Source: Octopus sinensis (lineage: Eukaryota). From it: 64,000 nt of DNA. The DNA lies in the NCBI RefSeq assembly GCF_006345805.1, contig NC_043021.1:1922001-1986000 (forward strand), given 5' to 3'. The notes under the pieces are model-generated. The model had not been told where the DNA came from, did no database searches, and saw only the letters and a list, made by a program, of their open reading frames with translations. The position numbers were made by a program, and so were the translations under genes. Within the stretch, counting starts at the first letter, position 1, and the number at the start of each line of letters is the position of its first letter. This document shows, piece by piece, positions 37,951 to 51,861 of the stretch.

Positions 37951-39384
37951 CAGGAGGGCATCACTGCAGCATCATTGTTCCCCATGATCGTTGTGCTCTT
38001 GTACACCACTTGATACTTGGCACGGGGTCCCAGGGAGGCAGTCTCGTGGGGTGCAGGGGACAATGCCAACTGCCTTACTCACCCTCCAAAAGGGTTCTGC
38101 CCCTGAGCAGAACAGTCAACATCAACCTGCAACGGACAACTGATGACACCGTTTGTATTATAGTTGTTCTTGTTATTGAAGTCAATATAGGTTTTTCAAA
38201 TTCTGGCACAAGGCCAGCAATGCCAGGGAGGTGGCTGAGTTGATTACATCGACCCCCAGCGATCAACAGGTCCTTATTTTCTCAACCCCAAAAGGATGAA
38301 AGGCAAAGTCGACCTTGGTGGGATTTGAACTCAGAACGTAAAGACAGATGAAATGCTGCTAAGCATTTTGCCCAGCGTGCTAACGATTCTGCCAGCTCAC
38401 AGCCATGCTGTCGAAAGGTAATGTTGCCAACAGCTGCAGTGGAGAAAGGTTATGTGCAGTGAAGGGGGGGTGGTATCGGCCTGGTGATCTGATCTTGTTT
38501 AGCAGGATTGGTGTTAGGTTGGTTGGTTTGTCGGTCGGTTGGTTGGTTGGTCGCGACAGAGTTGTTGCTGTTGTTGTTGTTGTTGGTGTTGTTGCTAGGC
38601 ATCACACCTGCTGCTGTTATTGTTGCTCTTAGTTTTGCTTTTGTTGTTGCCAGGAAATCATTTTGCATAAAAATAACAAAGAGAAAGTTGTCGTCGTCGT
38701 TGTTGTTGTTGCAGAGTCCTGACTTGGACACAAAAATGATAACTATTGGAGGAGGAGCAGGAGGAGGAGGAGGGGGAGGAGGAGTGGGGATGTTAATCAA
38801 CTCCAAGTAATTAATTGGAATTTATTTCTTTGAACCCCAGAAAGATGACATAAGGTGAAGTTGGCTTTAGCAAGATTTCAATCCAGGACATAAAAATTCA
38901 CCACCACCATGACCACCACCATCATCATCATCAACAACAATCCTTTCTACTATAGGCACAAGGCCTGAAATTTTGGGGGAGGGGGACTAGCCAATTACAT
39001 TGATCCCAGTGTTTAACTGGTGCTTAATTTATAGACCCCCAAAAAGATCAAAGGTAAAGTCAACCTCGGTCGAATTTGAACTCAGAATGGAGCGATGATT
39101 AAAATACCACCAAGTATTTCGTCCAGAATGCTAATGATTCTGCCAGCTCGCCACCTTGATAATAATAATAATAATCCTTTCTGCTATAGGCACAAGGCCT
39201 GAAATTGGGGGGAGGGGTACTCGATTAGATCAACCCCAGTCCCCAACTGGTACTTAATTTATCGATCCTGAAAGGATGAAAGGCAAAGTCAATCTCGGCG
39301 GAATTTGAACTCAGAACATAGAGACAGACGGAATACTGCTAAGCATTTTGTCCAGAGTGCTAATGATTCTGCATGCTCACCACT

Positions 39385-39419
<35 letters not shown>

Positions 39420-39708
39420 TATAATAATAAACACCTTTTACTGTCATTTTAAGATCACACTATCTTCTTATCATCAAATTACTTATAAAACAAACTTCTA
39501 ATTTTTTTATGTTTTCACAGACATTCTCTGGAACCAAACTCTGTGCAAAACCAAACATATGGCACCATAGTCATAACACCAACTTGAACTTCTAACTTGT
39601 TGTCTCTTGAGGTCCCTGGGTGAGACTTGGTATCAACTTGTGCAAATACAAAACAAAAACCAAACATAAAATAATAATGAAAAGAACATTCAAAATCTCT
39701 TGACTCAC

Positions 39709-39855
39709 CTGTGAAACCTGAATAATGGGCTTGTTTCCAGAGTTTCTTTAGATGTTTACTCTTCAATTTTGCAGCATCCTTATTTATGTGGGGATCTGGG
39801 ATATTTAGTTTGTTCATGCCAGGGTACTCACCCAAGTCGTACTTCCTTGCAATAG
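39709..39855 (-). CDS. LRPAP1: LRPAP1 exon 3
   Basis: TIARKYDLGEYPGMNKLNIPDPHINKDAAKLKSKHLKKLWKQAHYSGFT; TTTCAG acceptor, AG|GTGAGT donor. Confidence 0.92.
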
Positions 39856-40713
39856 CTGAAAGGATAATAGCAATGGTTTAGCAACAACAGTTTCGGAAAA
39901 CAAGGAACCTAGGAAGTTGAAAGAGCAATTATCAAGGGGACATGGTGTTTGTGACTCAGTGGTTAGCATGTTGCATTCGTGATCACCAGACTGTGGGTTC
40001 AATCCCAGGCAGGCCACTTCATTTCACATTGCTCTAGTGCTGTGTGGGGACCTGTATGCCAAAGAATAGACCCAACATTTCCTCTGCATGTTGTAAAAGA
40101 CAACTAAAAAGAGAAGTTGAGGTAGGATTTGCACTCTGAACTTTTAAAATCCTCACCAGTAATGACTACCCAAACAGACCCAAGGGTAGGAGGGGTGTTG
40201 CTTGAGTGGTGCAAAGGCATCATCATAAGCAGTAGTACGGAATCACCAACAAATGGTTTGCTTTACACATAACACAAGCACTGGTGCTTTTCACGTGACA
40301 CCAACACCAGCGGAGTCACCAGGTAACTTGAGAGACAAAGATCTCTGAGCTGGGAGGATAAGAGGAACCACAGGAAGCGGGTTTGGTTTACCAGACCTCA
40401 GTCAAATCGTCCAACCCATGCCAGCATGGAAAGCAGACGTTAAACGATGATGATGATGATGATGATGATGATACATCATTAAAATCTCCCATCTATGAAA
40501 TAATGCATGATTAATTTAAAATGATGTGAATTAATAAGCATTACTACATTAATCTAAACACTAAAGGGTTAAATTAAAACTTTTGATGGAGTAATCTGAA
40601 TGCTAAAGAGTTAAATGGTAGCAAACCAAAAGAAAAGGAAAAGAAAAAGAAAACCCAAGCTGCCCCCACCACCCACCCTTCTCGACCATTTTCCCCACTC
40701 ACATCCTACTTAC

Positions 40714-40855
40714 TCATTAGCTGTGTGTCCACTTCGTGTTCTTTCTCCAAAGCTTTATGCTTGTTTTTATGTTTCAGCCACTTCAGGTCATACTGGAGTT
40801 TGTCTTGAACTTTCAGCTCGGCATAGCAGTCGGCCAATGGCTGACCGGTAAGGCG
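40714..40855 (-). CDS. LRPAP1: LRPAP1 exon 2
   Basis: RLTGQPLADCYAELKVQDKLQYDLKWLKHKNKHKALEKEHEVDTQLM; CCCTTAG acceptor, A|GTAAGT donor. Confidence 0.92.
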
Positions 40856-42714
40856 CTAAGGGAGACAATTGTGGAGAGAATTAATAAACGTAACAGGTGG
40901 GAACAACAGCAAAGTTCTACAGATTGCATTTAATCTTGGCGCTTTTGCAGGGAAAAATTTACATTAAGGTGAAAAAAAAAAAATAATCAAAAACTTAGAT
41001 GCAGGCATGGCTGTGGGGTAAAACATTTGCTTCCCAACCGCATGGTTCTGGGTTCAGTCCCACTGCATGGCACCCAGGACAAGTGTCTTCTACTATAACC
41101 CTGGGTTGAGCAAGACCTTTGTGAGTGAATTTGGCAGACAGAAACTGAAAGAAGCCCATTGTGCAGAATACCACAAGCATTTTGTCCAGAATGCTAACGG
41201 TTCCGCTAGCTGGTCACCTAAAATAATCTTTTCTACTAAGGCACAATTTTGGGGAAGGGGACTAGTCAATTAGATCGACCCCAGTGTTTCACTGGTACTT
41301 AATTCATCGACCCTGAAATGATGTTAGGCAAAGTTGACCTCAGTGGAATTTGAACTCAGAACATAAAGACTGATGAAATACTGCCAAATCACTGCCTCAA
41401 AGAAGGAGCTTACAACACTTGGTTTTCTCAAGCGATTACTTGTCTAAGCACTGACTAGGCTCGATATTGCTTGAGTTCAGTGATCAAACAAGAACCAGTG
41501 CTTTCAGCGTAATCTGGCTGTAAGCATTAATAATATTAATAATAATCCTTTCTACTGAAAAGCACACGGCCTCAAATTTGGGGGAAGGGATTAAGTCTAT
41601 TACATCAATCCCAGTGTATAACTGGTACTTATTTAATCGACGTTGAAAGGATAAAAAACTCAGAATATAGCAACAGACGAAATACTGCAAAGCACTTTGC
41701 CTGGTATGCTAACGATTCTGCCAGCTCACTGCCTTAGACAAGAAGCTTACAGCTCTAAGTGATTCCAAGAAGTTAACTGTCTAAGTACTAACTAGGCTTG
41801 ACATTGCTTAAGTTTGGTGATTAAACAAGAACCAGTGCTTTCATTGCGATATGGCTGTAAGTATTAATAACAACAATAATAAGGGCATAGCAAATCTGTG
41901 GTATTGAGCAGAATATTTGCTGTATCCCATCTTTTATACCAAGACAAAACAATGTACACAATAACACTTCCAATCAGGTAAGATCAGAAGCCATGAGAGC
42001 CACTGCCTTGTACTGCATCCTTATTCAGGGACCTTTTGAGCCGGATGGTCTACTCGACCAGAAGAAAATTCTAACTGGGCCCCACCTGCAAGGACATGTG
42101 CTGTTTATCTTGATATGAGATCACCATGTCGCGCATATATGGTTGTGATGCATGTGCCTTGTGTACCCTTATCAGACGGGCAGTCATGATGGGTGTACTG
42201 GGCTTTGTATATTTTACCCCAGTGTCATTTTGATGGCATGCACTGCTCTCTCAATTTCTTTTATTTGCTTCCAAGGCGATGAATGAGGTGAACAATATTA
42301 AGAATAATAATAAAGACAAAATTGGTTTCAAATTTTTGCCCAAGGCCAGTAATTTGAAGGGAAGGGATGCGTGGATTACACTGACCCCAGTGCTCAATTG
42401 CTACTCATTTTATCAACCCTGAAAAGATGAAAGGCAAAGTCAACCTCATCAGAATTTGAACTCAGAACGTAAAGACAGAAGAAAGATCGCTGAGTACTTT
42501 GCCCACCATGCTAACAATTCTGCCAGCTCACCATCTTAATAACAAACATAAAACTGCAAGAATATCATCTCTGCTTTATGGTACAATGATGGTGTTGTAG
42601 TTGTTGCTTAGCCCCACATCAGCCCAGATCGAGCAGACCTGTGATCAAAGGGGTGCCAGCCATGACCATCTCATCATGGAACTACATCATTTCTATACAT
42701 ATGTATATATATAT

Positions 42715-42877
42715 ATACAAAATTTAAAGGACTGACTACTAAAAGTGGACGGTCAACATGCTAGATATAGACGTCAAAATCGCTATTTTCCATTCTTCGT
42801 GGAAAATAGCGATTTTGACGTGTATATCTAGCATATTGACCGTCCACTTTTAGTGGTCAGTCCTTTAAATCTTGTAT
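42715..42877. repeat. Fold-back, 78-bp arms, 7-nt loop, 4 mismatches
   Basis: 42715-42792 is reverse-complementary to 42800-42877. Confidence 0.92.
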
Positions 42878-42970
42878 GTAAAAAATTTTTTAAATCTTCG
42901 GATTTTTTTAATATGCTAGGCCAATGGTTTTAATTGATTAATATCAATTTCTACCATCATTATTTAATTT

Positions 42971-43012
<42 letters not shown>

Positions 43013-46000
43013 CCTTCTTAGTTAAGGTGTAGGGTGTGATTTGAGGGAGATCTATCTGCAAACAACCATAAAGTGGTTCCCTTAAGTGAGGTGGGGAGGA
43101 GGAGGGTACCAGTGGTAGTGGGAGTTGTGCAGGTGTTGCTGCTGTTGTTGTTATTGGTGGAGGTGGTGGTGGTCATAGTGATAGCTGTGATGGTGATTGT
43201 GGTGGTGGTAGTGGCAGTGATTGTGATGATGATGATGATGGTGGTGGTGGTGTTGGTGATGATGACGGTGGTGGTGTTGGTGATAATGACCGATGACAGT
43301 GATGGTGGTGATTAAGTTTTTCAGGTGTGGTGATGATGAGTCAGAAGACCATTGACACCATCATCACAACCACCCACCATCATCACAATGGTAGTGGTAA
43401 TAGTAGTGTTTTGGTGTTGGCGGTGGTAGCCTGCGGAGGCATTGGTTGCTGTGTCAATGAAATGCGTCAGTATTCTGGCCAGACCCCTGATCCGCACCTG
43501 AAAAATTATCACCTGAAGATTCATCAACCCCCACTCAACCCCACACCCCACTCTACCAGGACACTTTCCAAGCTGAAGAATTCGTCACCCAAACAAAATC
43601 TAAATTGATGTTTAATGTCCGTCTCCCATGCAGGCATCTGTTGGGTGGTTCAACAGGAGCTGGCCAGGTAGAAGACTACCCCAGGCTACTCTATCTACCT
43701 ATAAACAAAATATAATCTATATATATAAAAGAGAGTTTGTGTCTGTGTGTCTGTGTCCGTCCATCCCAACACTACTTGACAACCGGTATTGGTGCGTTTA
43801 CATCCCCGTAACTTAGCAGTTCGGCAAAGGAGAATGATAGAATGAGTACTAGGCTTTAAAAAAAACTCCTGGGGTTGATTTGCTCCAGCATGACCGCAGA
43901 CAAATGAGTGAAACAAGTAAAAGAATAAAATAATCTCCTATTTATTTCAGTCATTAGAATGCAGCCATACTGGAGCACCACCACCAAGGGTTTTAATTGA
44001 ACAGATCGACCCCAGTACTTTGTAAGCTTGGTACTTATTCTATTGGTCTCTTTTGCCGAACAGCTAGATTAAAGAATGTGGACCACACCCTATTTCGTTT
44101 TTTTGGGGTTTTTTTTTTTACAGAACACCCTTTTTAGAGTAAGTAGATTTCGATTCTGCCAAAAAAAAAACGCCATTTAAAATTTTTAATCCACCAGCAC
44201 CACCAAATTCTCCCATTTTCAATTTTTTCAGAATTTTTTGGGGGGGGCGGGGGGCGGGAATGCGTAGAAAAATACGGAAATAATGATTTTGAAAAAAAAA
44301 ATTGTAAAATTTCAATTATTTTTTTTTAATTTGAAAATTGAAGAATTTGGTGGGGGGGTGGATTAAAAATTAAAATACCGGTTTTTTTTTTTACAGAATC
44401 AGAATTTCCGGACTCGAAAATGGGCGATTCTGTAATAAATAAATAAATAAATAAAAGAAAGTGGGTCCGGTCCTCCGCCCGCCGTTATTCCGATATAATC
44501 GTTAACCTACACCATCCGAAAGGTATTGGTAGAAAATTTCATTATAGAATATGAATTTTTCTGAAAGTTATGAGGGGGGGGGTCGGAGTTTACACGACTT
44601 TATAAAAGCTTTTTTGTTTTTCTGTAGATTCTGTAAATATAAGGATACATACATCGGGTTGGGTGGATTATGGAAAAGGAAAAAAAAAACCAGGAGGGGA
44701 CGTCGTATTAAAAAGTTGAAGGTTGGCTAGAATACACGTTTAAACGACTAGAACTAACGAACACAATGCAATCGGAGATGTGCAGAAAGGCGGGATAGTC
44801 ACGGTTGAAACGCTTTTATAGAACTGATCTGTGGTTAAACGACAACAGCCTGTACCCATTCGAATACAGTGATCGTGGAAAGTGTGGATGGTCACGGCTT
44901 GATTGCCGCCTACCATTATCAGGTTTTAAAGCCGGTGACGAGATCTCCATTAGTAATAAAAAATCATTTTCAGGTCACAAGTGTGTGTACGCGTATGTAT
45001 GTATGTATGTGTCTATGTGTGTGAGTGAGTGTGTGTATACGTTCTCTCTCTCTCTTCATTGGGAGGAGGCAGGAAGTTTGTTCACGTTCGCTCGATGACA
45101 CATTTCCTTCAAATCACACCTTACAACTGTCTTGAGAGGGGGAAAACATTCAGATCTTATACTCGGGATGGTCAAGGCCGAAATACTTTTGATCATATGA
45201 CTTGTTTGATCACAAGGCTGCCCTGGGCTGAATAAACAACACACGTGTCTTGGATAATTATTTCAAATTTCGGTACAATGCCAGCAATTTTTCGGGGGCG
45301 GGGACGAGTCGATTACATCGACCGCTCCCTAAACAATGAAAAACAAAATTGACCTCGGCTGCATTTGAACTCAGAACGTTACAAAAGCCGGAAGGCCGCT
45401 AAACACCACTATGATCGGCGTAATAACGATTCTGCCAGTTCGTCCACCTTACGTGTCTTGGGTAACACCGAACAAAAGCCATTTCCAATGACTTGACAAA
45501 TTTCGACCCACGGGATTTTCTGAATGACAAGCCTAACAAAAAATTACCTTCAATAATTTTAATACTGCGGCCCGCATCTTGCTGAGACACGACTCCTCCG
45601 ACCCGCCAGCTGAACACTGTTAGAAATAGCAGTTAAATTTACCTTAAATCACTACCTTGATTCCTCAAAAAAAAAATGGATATACTTGATAGTATAAACC
45701 TGAATATGAATGTATTTGAAAATGGGAGAAAATAAAAATAAAAGAAATAGACGGGAGGTCGCAGCTAGATCGTGGTAGATTTGCTTACTCATAGATTACC
45801 TTACCTAGGGCTAATTAGCAACAACGCGACTCTTCTCAGTTTCTTAATTACGTCCTAGATAATAAAACACATGGCTTCGTCTCATCATGTCTGACACCGC
45901 CCCCATTCACAACTAACTATTAATTATACTAGTACAACGACAGATACTGCACGTTGTTGTACCAAACTGCTAAAAAAAAAAAACCCCGCCTGATTCCGAT

Positions 46001-46820
46001 ATTCATTGAAATAATTACCTTACCGTTTTCCAAATTAAAAAAAGGTGGGGCAAGAAAGACATGTTGCGTAATACAAGGCGAGATATTTTATGTCTTTAGA
46101 AAATGGAATAAAACTTAAGACGGGATCGAAATAGTTTGGATGACTTTTATCCCGGGTTTGCTTGACCAGAATTTACCTAGGGTTAAATAATGTTATGTAT
46201 GTGTGTGTGTGTGTGTACATATACATATTCTTTTATCTTTTACTTGTTTCGGCCAACAGACTGCGGCCATGCTGGGGCACCGCCTTCCAGAATTTGTAGT
46301 CGCAAGATTCGACCCCCAGTACTTATTTTTCCATTTTTAAATCTGACACTTATTCTATCGGTCACTTTTCCGACACCGCTGAAATACGGGGACGTAAATA
46401 TACCAACGCCGGCTGGCAAGCGGGGGGGGGGCGAAAACAGACACAAATGCGCGCGCACACACACACACTCACACATACAACAGGAACAGGCTTCTTTCAG
46501 TTTCTTTCTAGCAAATCCATTAACAAGGCTTTGGTCAGCCTGAGGGTATAGTGGAAGACACTCGTTCTAGGTGCTATGGAATAGGACTGAACCCGAAATC
46601 AAGTGGTTGGGACACAGGCTTCTTATCACACAGCTACACCTATGTATATGCATAATGTGTGTGTGTGTGTGGTGTGTGTGTGTGTGTGCGTGTGTGTGTG
46701 TGAAGGCGCGTGGCTTAGTGGTTAGAGTATCCAGCTCACAACTGCAAGGTCACGAATTCAATTCCCTGCAAATGTGTATGAGTGTGTGTGTAAACACGTT
46801 TGTGTGTTTATGTGTGTATG

Positions 46821-46852
<32 letters not shown>

Positions 46853-49628
46853 AAAGCAATTATGGGGATAAACAAATTAGACACATTAAATGTACAGAAT
46901 ATATTAACTACATCAAATACAAAATATGTATATGTGTGTACACATGCAAAATGAGAGAAAGCAAAAGACGTTATATTACATAGATGTTTATATTAACAGG
47001 TCCAACTTACATAGGGTACAAAGGACATAGAAAATTAAGGGGTGGAAGAAAGGTATTATAAGTCCAACAACTGTTTCTGGGGGCTCGGCAAGATGGAATA
47101 ACGCAGTTGGTCACTGTTTTTGGTTTGCTCCATGCTATTAGCAGAGACTCTTTTGATATCTTGTATTCAGCCTCTTCATGATGACGATGGCAGTTCTTCA
47201 TGTCCAAAGATGATGAGGAAGAAAGAGTCCATCTACATGTGGAGTTGAGGCTGTAACTGTTGGCACCATGCAACACCTGTTGTTTTTGCCCCTTCTCCAT
47301 TGCTGCAGGACTTTTCTTCCTGCCTGCACTTGGTGGTTTTAAAGTGAAAGTCAGTCTGCACAAACCAGTTTCATTCTTTAGACTTGGCGGTCTGACCACA
47401 GTGGCTCATTGGGCCAAGGACGGCTGTGGAGACCAGCCTTCTCCTTAGTGAATGGCTTTTCAGGGCTGGAGACCTCCACCAACCTGGAGTGGCTAGAAAG
47501 ATGTTAAAGAGACCACTTAGGGGATTCTCCTCTTTGATATACTGTCCAGGTTAACTCCCCAAGCTTTTTCCTTTTCCAAGGCACTCACAGGACAGTGAGG
47601 TTTTTTTCTGTGAAGTTTCTTCCATAACATTGTAATTGGGAACCTGTCAGGTACTGCTGCTCCTGGTCAGAGTAGACCTGGGAACAACAGTGGCAAGGAA
47701 GTGGTTCCACATTCCTCAACACCCTGAAATTCCCAAACCAGGGCTCAACTACCAAATGCAGCCTTGAGTCATACCCAGGACACTTAAAGTCATAACCAAC
47801 CTTTTCATCATCTCTTTAGTAATTATAACACTGAGAATGAGATGATTTCTTCTGTACTAGCACCTCCTTATGTTTCAACAGATGCTGTTATTGTTGTCAC
47901 TTTCCTCTTTATTTCTCTGAGGAGAAAGCCCCTCAAATGGCTCTGTCTCCTGTATGCGTCACAACTGGGATTTCTGCCCTGTGGCTGCCTTCCACTCTGT
48001 CCCCATAAGATTACAACACCAGGTCTTCAGGGTCATCAAGACAACGCATTAGTACCGATCACTTTTGCACCCACAACCTGCTCTTACCATACCACAAAAG
48101 TTGATGACAAACCAAGAGTAATCTTTTATCCTTTACTTCTTTCAGTCATTAGACTGCGGCCATGCTGGGGCACAGCCTTGAAGAATTTTTAGTTAGATGT
48201 ATCAACCCCTGTAATTAATTTTTTTTAAAGCCTGGTACTTATTCTATCAGTCTCTGGTGTCAAACCATTAAGTTACAGGGACATGAACACATCAGCACTG
48301 GTTGTCAAGGCTTTGGTTAGCCCAGGGCTATAGTAGAAGACACTTGCCCAAGGTATCACGCAATGGGATGGAACCTGGAGCCATGTAGTTGAGAAGCAAG
48401 CTTCTTACCACACAGCCACACCTGCACCTATTACGCCCTTACCAATGTTCCTGACCATTAGCACGCCGGGCGAAATGCGTAGCCGTATTTCGTCTGCTGT
48501 TACGTTTTGAGTTCAAACTCCGCCGAGGTCGACTTTGCCTTTCATCCTTTCGGGGTCGATAAATTAAGTACCAGTTACGCACTGGGGTTGATGTAATCGA
48601 CTTAATCCGTTTGTCTGTCCTTGTTTGCCACCTCTATGTTTAGCCCCTTGTAGGTGATAAAGAAACAAATGTTTCTGACCACAACCCTTGCGATTCAACT
48701 TTTTATATATTGTGACACCATCCTTTAGGCAAATGTGGAACGGGATACAAACTCTGTTTGTTTTCTCCCCTTTTCCTCAGGCTTCAAGATTACAACCGAA
48801 TGCATCACCCAGTCAGTGCAACACACATTGACTAGGTTTCCCCTGATTACTCTTTAGGAAGATTCATGGAAACCCTTGTGACGAAATCTTCGAATTCAGA
48901 CTAAAGAACTGGAACCAATATTACCAGGGATTTTGTTCAATATTATGTTTTATTTTACATGGAAACAAAGGACTTTTAGAGATGAGAGGGTGATAGTTGA
49001 CCCCCCACCCCATTAAATCAACCTCAACATTAAATAACAATAATAGGCACCTCGCAGCCGAATAATTTATTACAGTTTCTCTCTTCGCCCCTCAATCTCT
49101 CTCTTTTTTTTCTACTTAGTATTTGCTTAATGCTGACTCACTTCGTCAAAGACCACCATTGTTTCCCCGTAAATAACAATAGGTTTTTCTTTTTTTCTTT
49201 TTTTATTGGTGGTGGGGATTCTCTCCTATGTTTGTAGTTAACGCCATGATTAACATCAATAAGTCTATTATTAGAATCATTTCACTCTTTGATGCCAACG
49301 GGGAAGAGGAAGGAGAAGAGGAAGGAGAAAAGAACACATCAATCGTAACAATAACAAAGTCTACTGTCAGCGTTATGATGTCCAAACAATAAAGCACGCA
49401 CGCGCACACGTGGACATCCATGCCAACATTAAAAATATACTTAACTAACAACAGATGGCCTATGCGGGTGTTCAATTAGCTAGATATAGCAGCGAAATGT
49501 CCCTCTAATCATATCTTACTCTTTTAAAACAAACGAACGTGTTATATGGGATCCCGGCTTTCCTGTATGTATATATATATATATATTATATATATATATA
49601 TATACATATGTATATATATATATGTATA

Positions 49629-49877
49629 TAAAATGGGGAAGACCGGTTTATGGGACTACCTTAGGTTTCCCGTCCATAAAGGGTTTTCAGCTTTATGGCG
49701 TATTGTCAGATCCCAAAACCTGTTGGCCCAAGACCTCTTAAAAAGATTTCATTCTCCATATTTTTAAGAAGTCTTGGGCCAAAAGGTTTTGGGATCTGAC
49801 GATACGCCATAAAGCTGAAAACCCTTTATGGACGGGAATCTTAAGGTAGTCCCATAAACCGGCCCTTCCCATTTTTA
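49629..49877. mobile_element. Fold-back MITE (about 115-bp arms, about 16-nt spacer); diverged half-copy at about 63099-63190
   Basis: Arms are reverse-complementary with scattered mismatches; TA-rich flanks; related sequence at 63.1 kb. Confidence 0.75.
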
Positions 49878-51861
49878 ATATGTACTATTATGTTTTTTTA
49901 TAGACGATATATATCAAGAGAGAGAAAGAGAATAGTCACGGATGGAATGTCGTTGATCATAAATCTACTCGATTGGCTTGGTGTTAAACAATACAAAGAT
50001 ACGAACCAACGAGGGAGGCTTTACATGTTCACTTGACGTTCTAGAAATGGTAGCCGAATCTCCCTCAAATCATATTCTGCTGTATCAAAAAAAAAAAAAA
50101 AAGGACAAGGCTCATGTACTTCCCTCTACAGAGAGGCAAAAACAGGACGGCATGGCTGGATTGTCGTCGATAATAGGGTTGCTTATTCATAGCTAACCTG
50201 TGATTAAATAACAACAAAAACATGGGCTTGAAAGAGAGAGGAGGAAAGTGTCTTGGTCTTCTATCATAATCCCTCAGACAACCAGGAGACTCTCAAAGGG
50301 TATAATCGATCTTTATTCTCAAATGCCACCGGGGGTCTTCTTTGTTTTTTTTTCCTTTCGGGGCCGATAAAATAAGTATAAATTGAACATTGAGATCGAT
50401 GTAGTCGACTTAGCCCCTTCCCCTAAATTGCTGGCCTTGTGCCACAATTCAAAATCAATATTTGGCTATTTTATTGTATATTGATCTCCTCCAAACGATG
50501 AAAGGCAAAGTTGACTCCGACGGAATATGAACTCAATACTTAAGCTCAGTACTAAATAATAATAATGGTTTCTAATTTAGGCAAACGGCCAACAGTTTTG
50601 AAGGGAGGGAGTCAAGTGATGTAACCGACCCCAGTACTAGACCGATAAATTATTTTATCGACCTTGGAGGAATGGAAAGCAAAACAGACCTCGACGGGGT
50701 TTAAACTGACAACAAAAAGAGCCAGAAGAAGTTACGCAAAGTATTTATTTTCGACCCTCTAACGATAAAATAACACTAATAATAGCAGTTTCTCTTATTT
50801 ATAATGTTTAACAGTTTCAAACATTAATGATAAATGTATTAGGTTCTTGTTTTTCACGAAGACGAAGAATACCTCTACACAATAACAGAGACACGACTTT
50901 GCCTTTCATCCTTTCGGGGTCGGTTAAATAAGTACCGGTTACGCACTGGGTCGATATAATTGACTTAATCCGTTTGTCTGTCCTTGTTTGTCCCCTCTGT
51001 GTTTAGCCCCTTGTGGGTAGTAAAGAAATAACAATAATGGAGACATTGTACCATAGAACACACCCACTTGAAGGAACCGTTATCTGATATCTCAAGATGC
51101 TACGAACAACAGTTGAATAACATAGTATAAACACATCGTCATGCCTACACTATGTTTCATTTCAAAACATCCGTTTTTTTGTTTTTTTTAGAGTTATGAG
51201 GAAACAACGTCGAGTATGGGCACTTGTGTAGGTATTCCAAGACATATTGGTTATTTTCATTTCTAGATGTGTGGTGGTAAGTAAACAGATAGGATAGTCA
51301 CGGCGGGAATACCTTTGATCGTGGGTTTGCTCGATCAGTGATTAGAAACGACAACAAACAATAACAATGAAGATGTGGAAATAATAACAATAATAAACAG
51401 TTTCGGAGCCCATATATTTTCGACTATGGGGGTGTGTTCCTTTAAGATGCACCTCGCAATTCTGAAGAAGAGGGCGTAGACGCGCAGAGACTCCCAAATA
51501 ATAATAAATAATGAGTTTATCACCAGATTTAATGCCATCACATAGTTCTTTCTTATGTACCTTTAGCCTCCGAATCCACCCTGGCAAATATTCAGACCAG
51601 GGCGTGTTGTTCTGTGGTCAGAATAACTAATTCCGTTTCACTACGCGAAGACAATGTGTTGGCCTTCCTTCCTTTTACGACACAAACAATAATTTACGAT
51701 TTCTAAGCAATAACAGAAGACTTTCATTTAATAAAAGAAAATAAAAACGAAAAAAAGAAAGCATCAACAATGATGTTTTGTAAAGATCGGGACACACGTA
51801 CACACACACAAGGACACACATTTACTCTCCAAAAGTTAGGAAGATGCTAATTCACTTGTAC

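Noticed and set aside
47007-47460. 130-aa minus-strand ORF in LRPAP1 intron 1 as a nested gene
   Set aside because: No recognisable domain or convincing splice structure; it resembles decayed repeat-derived sequence.
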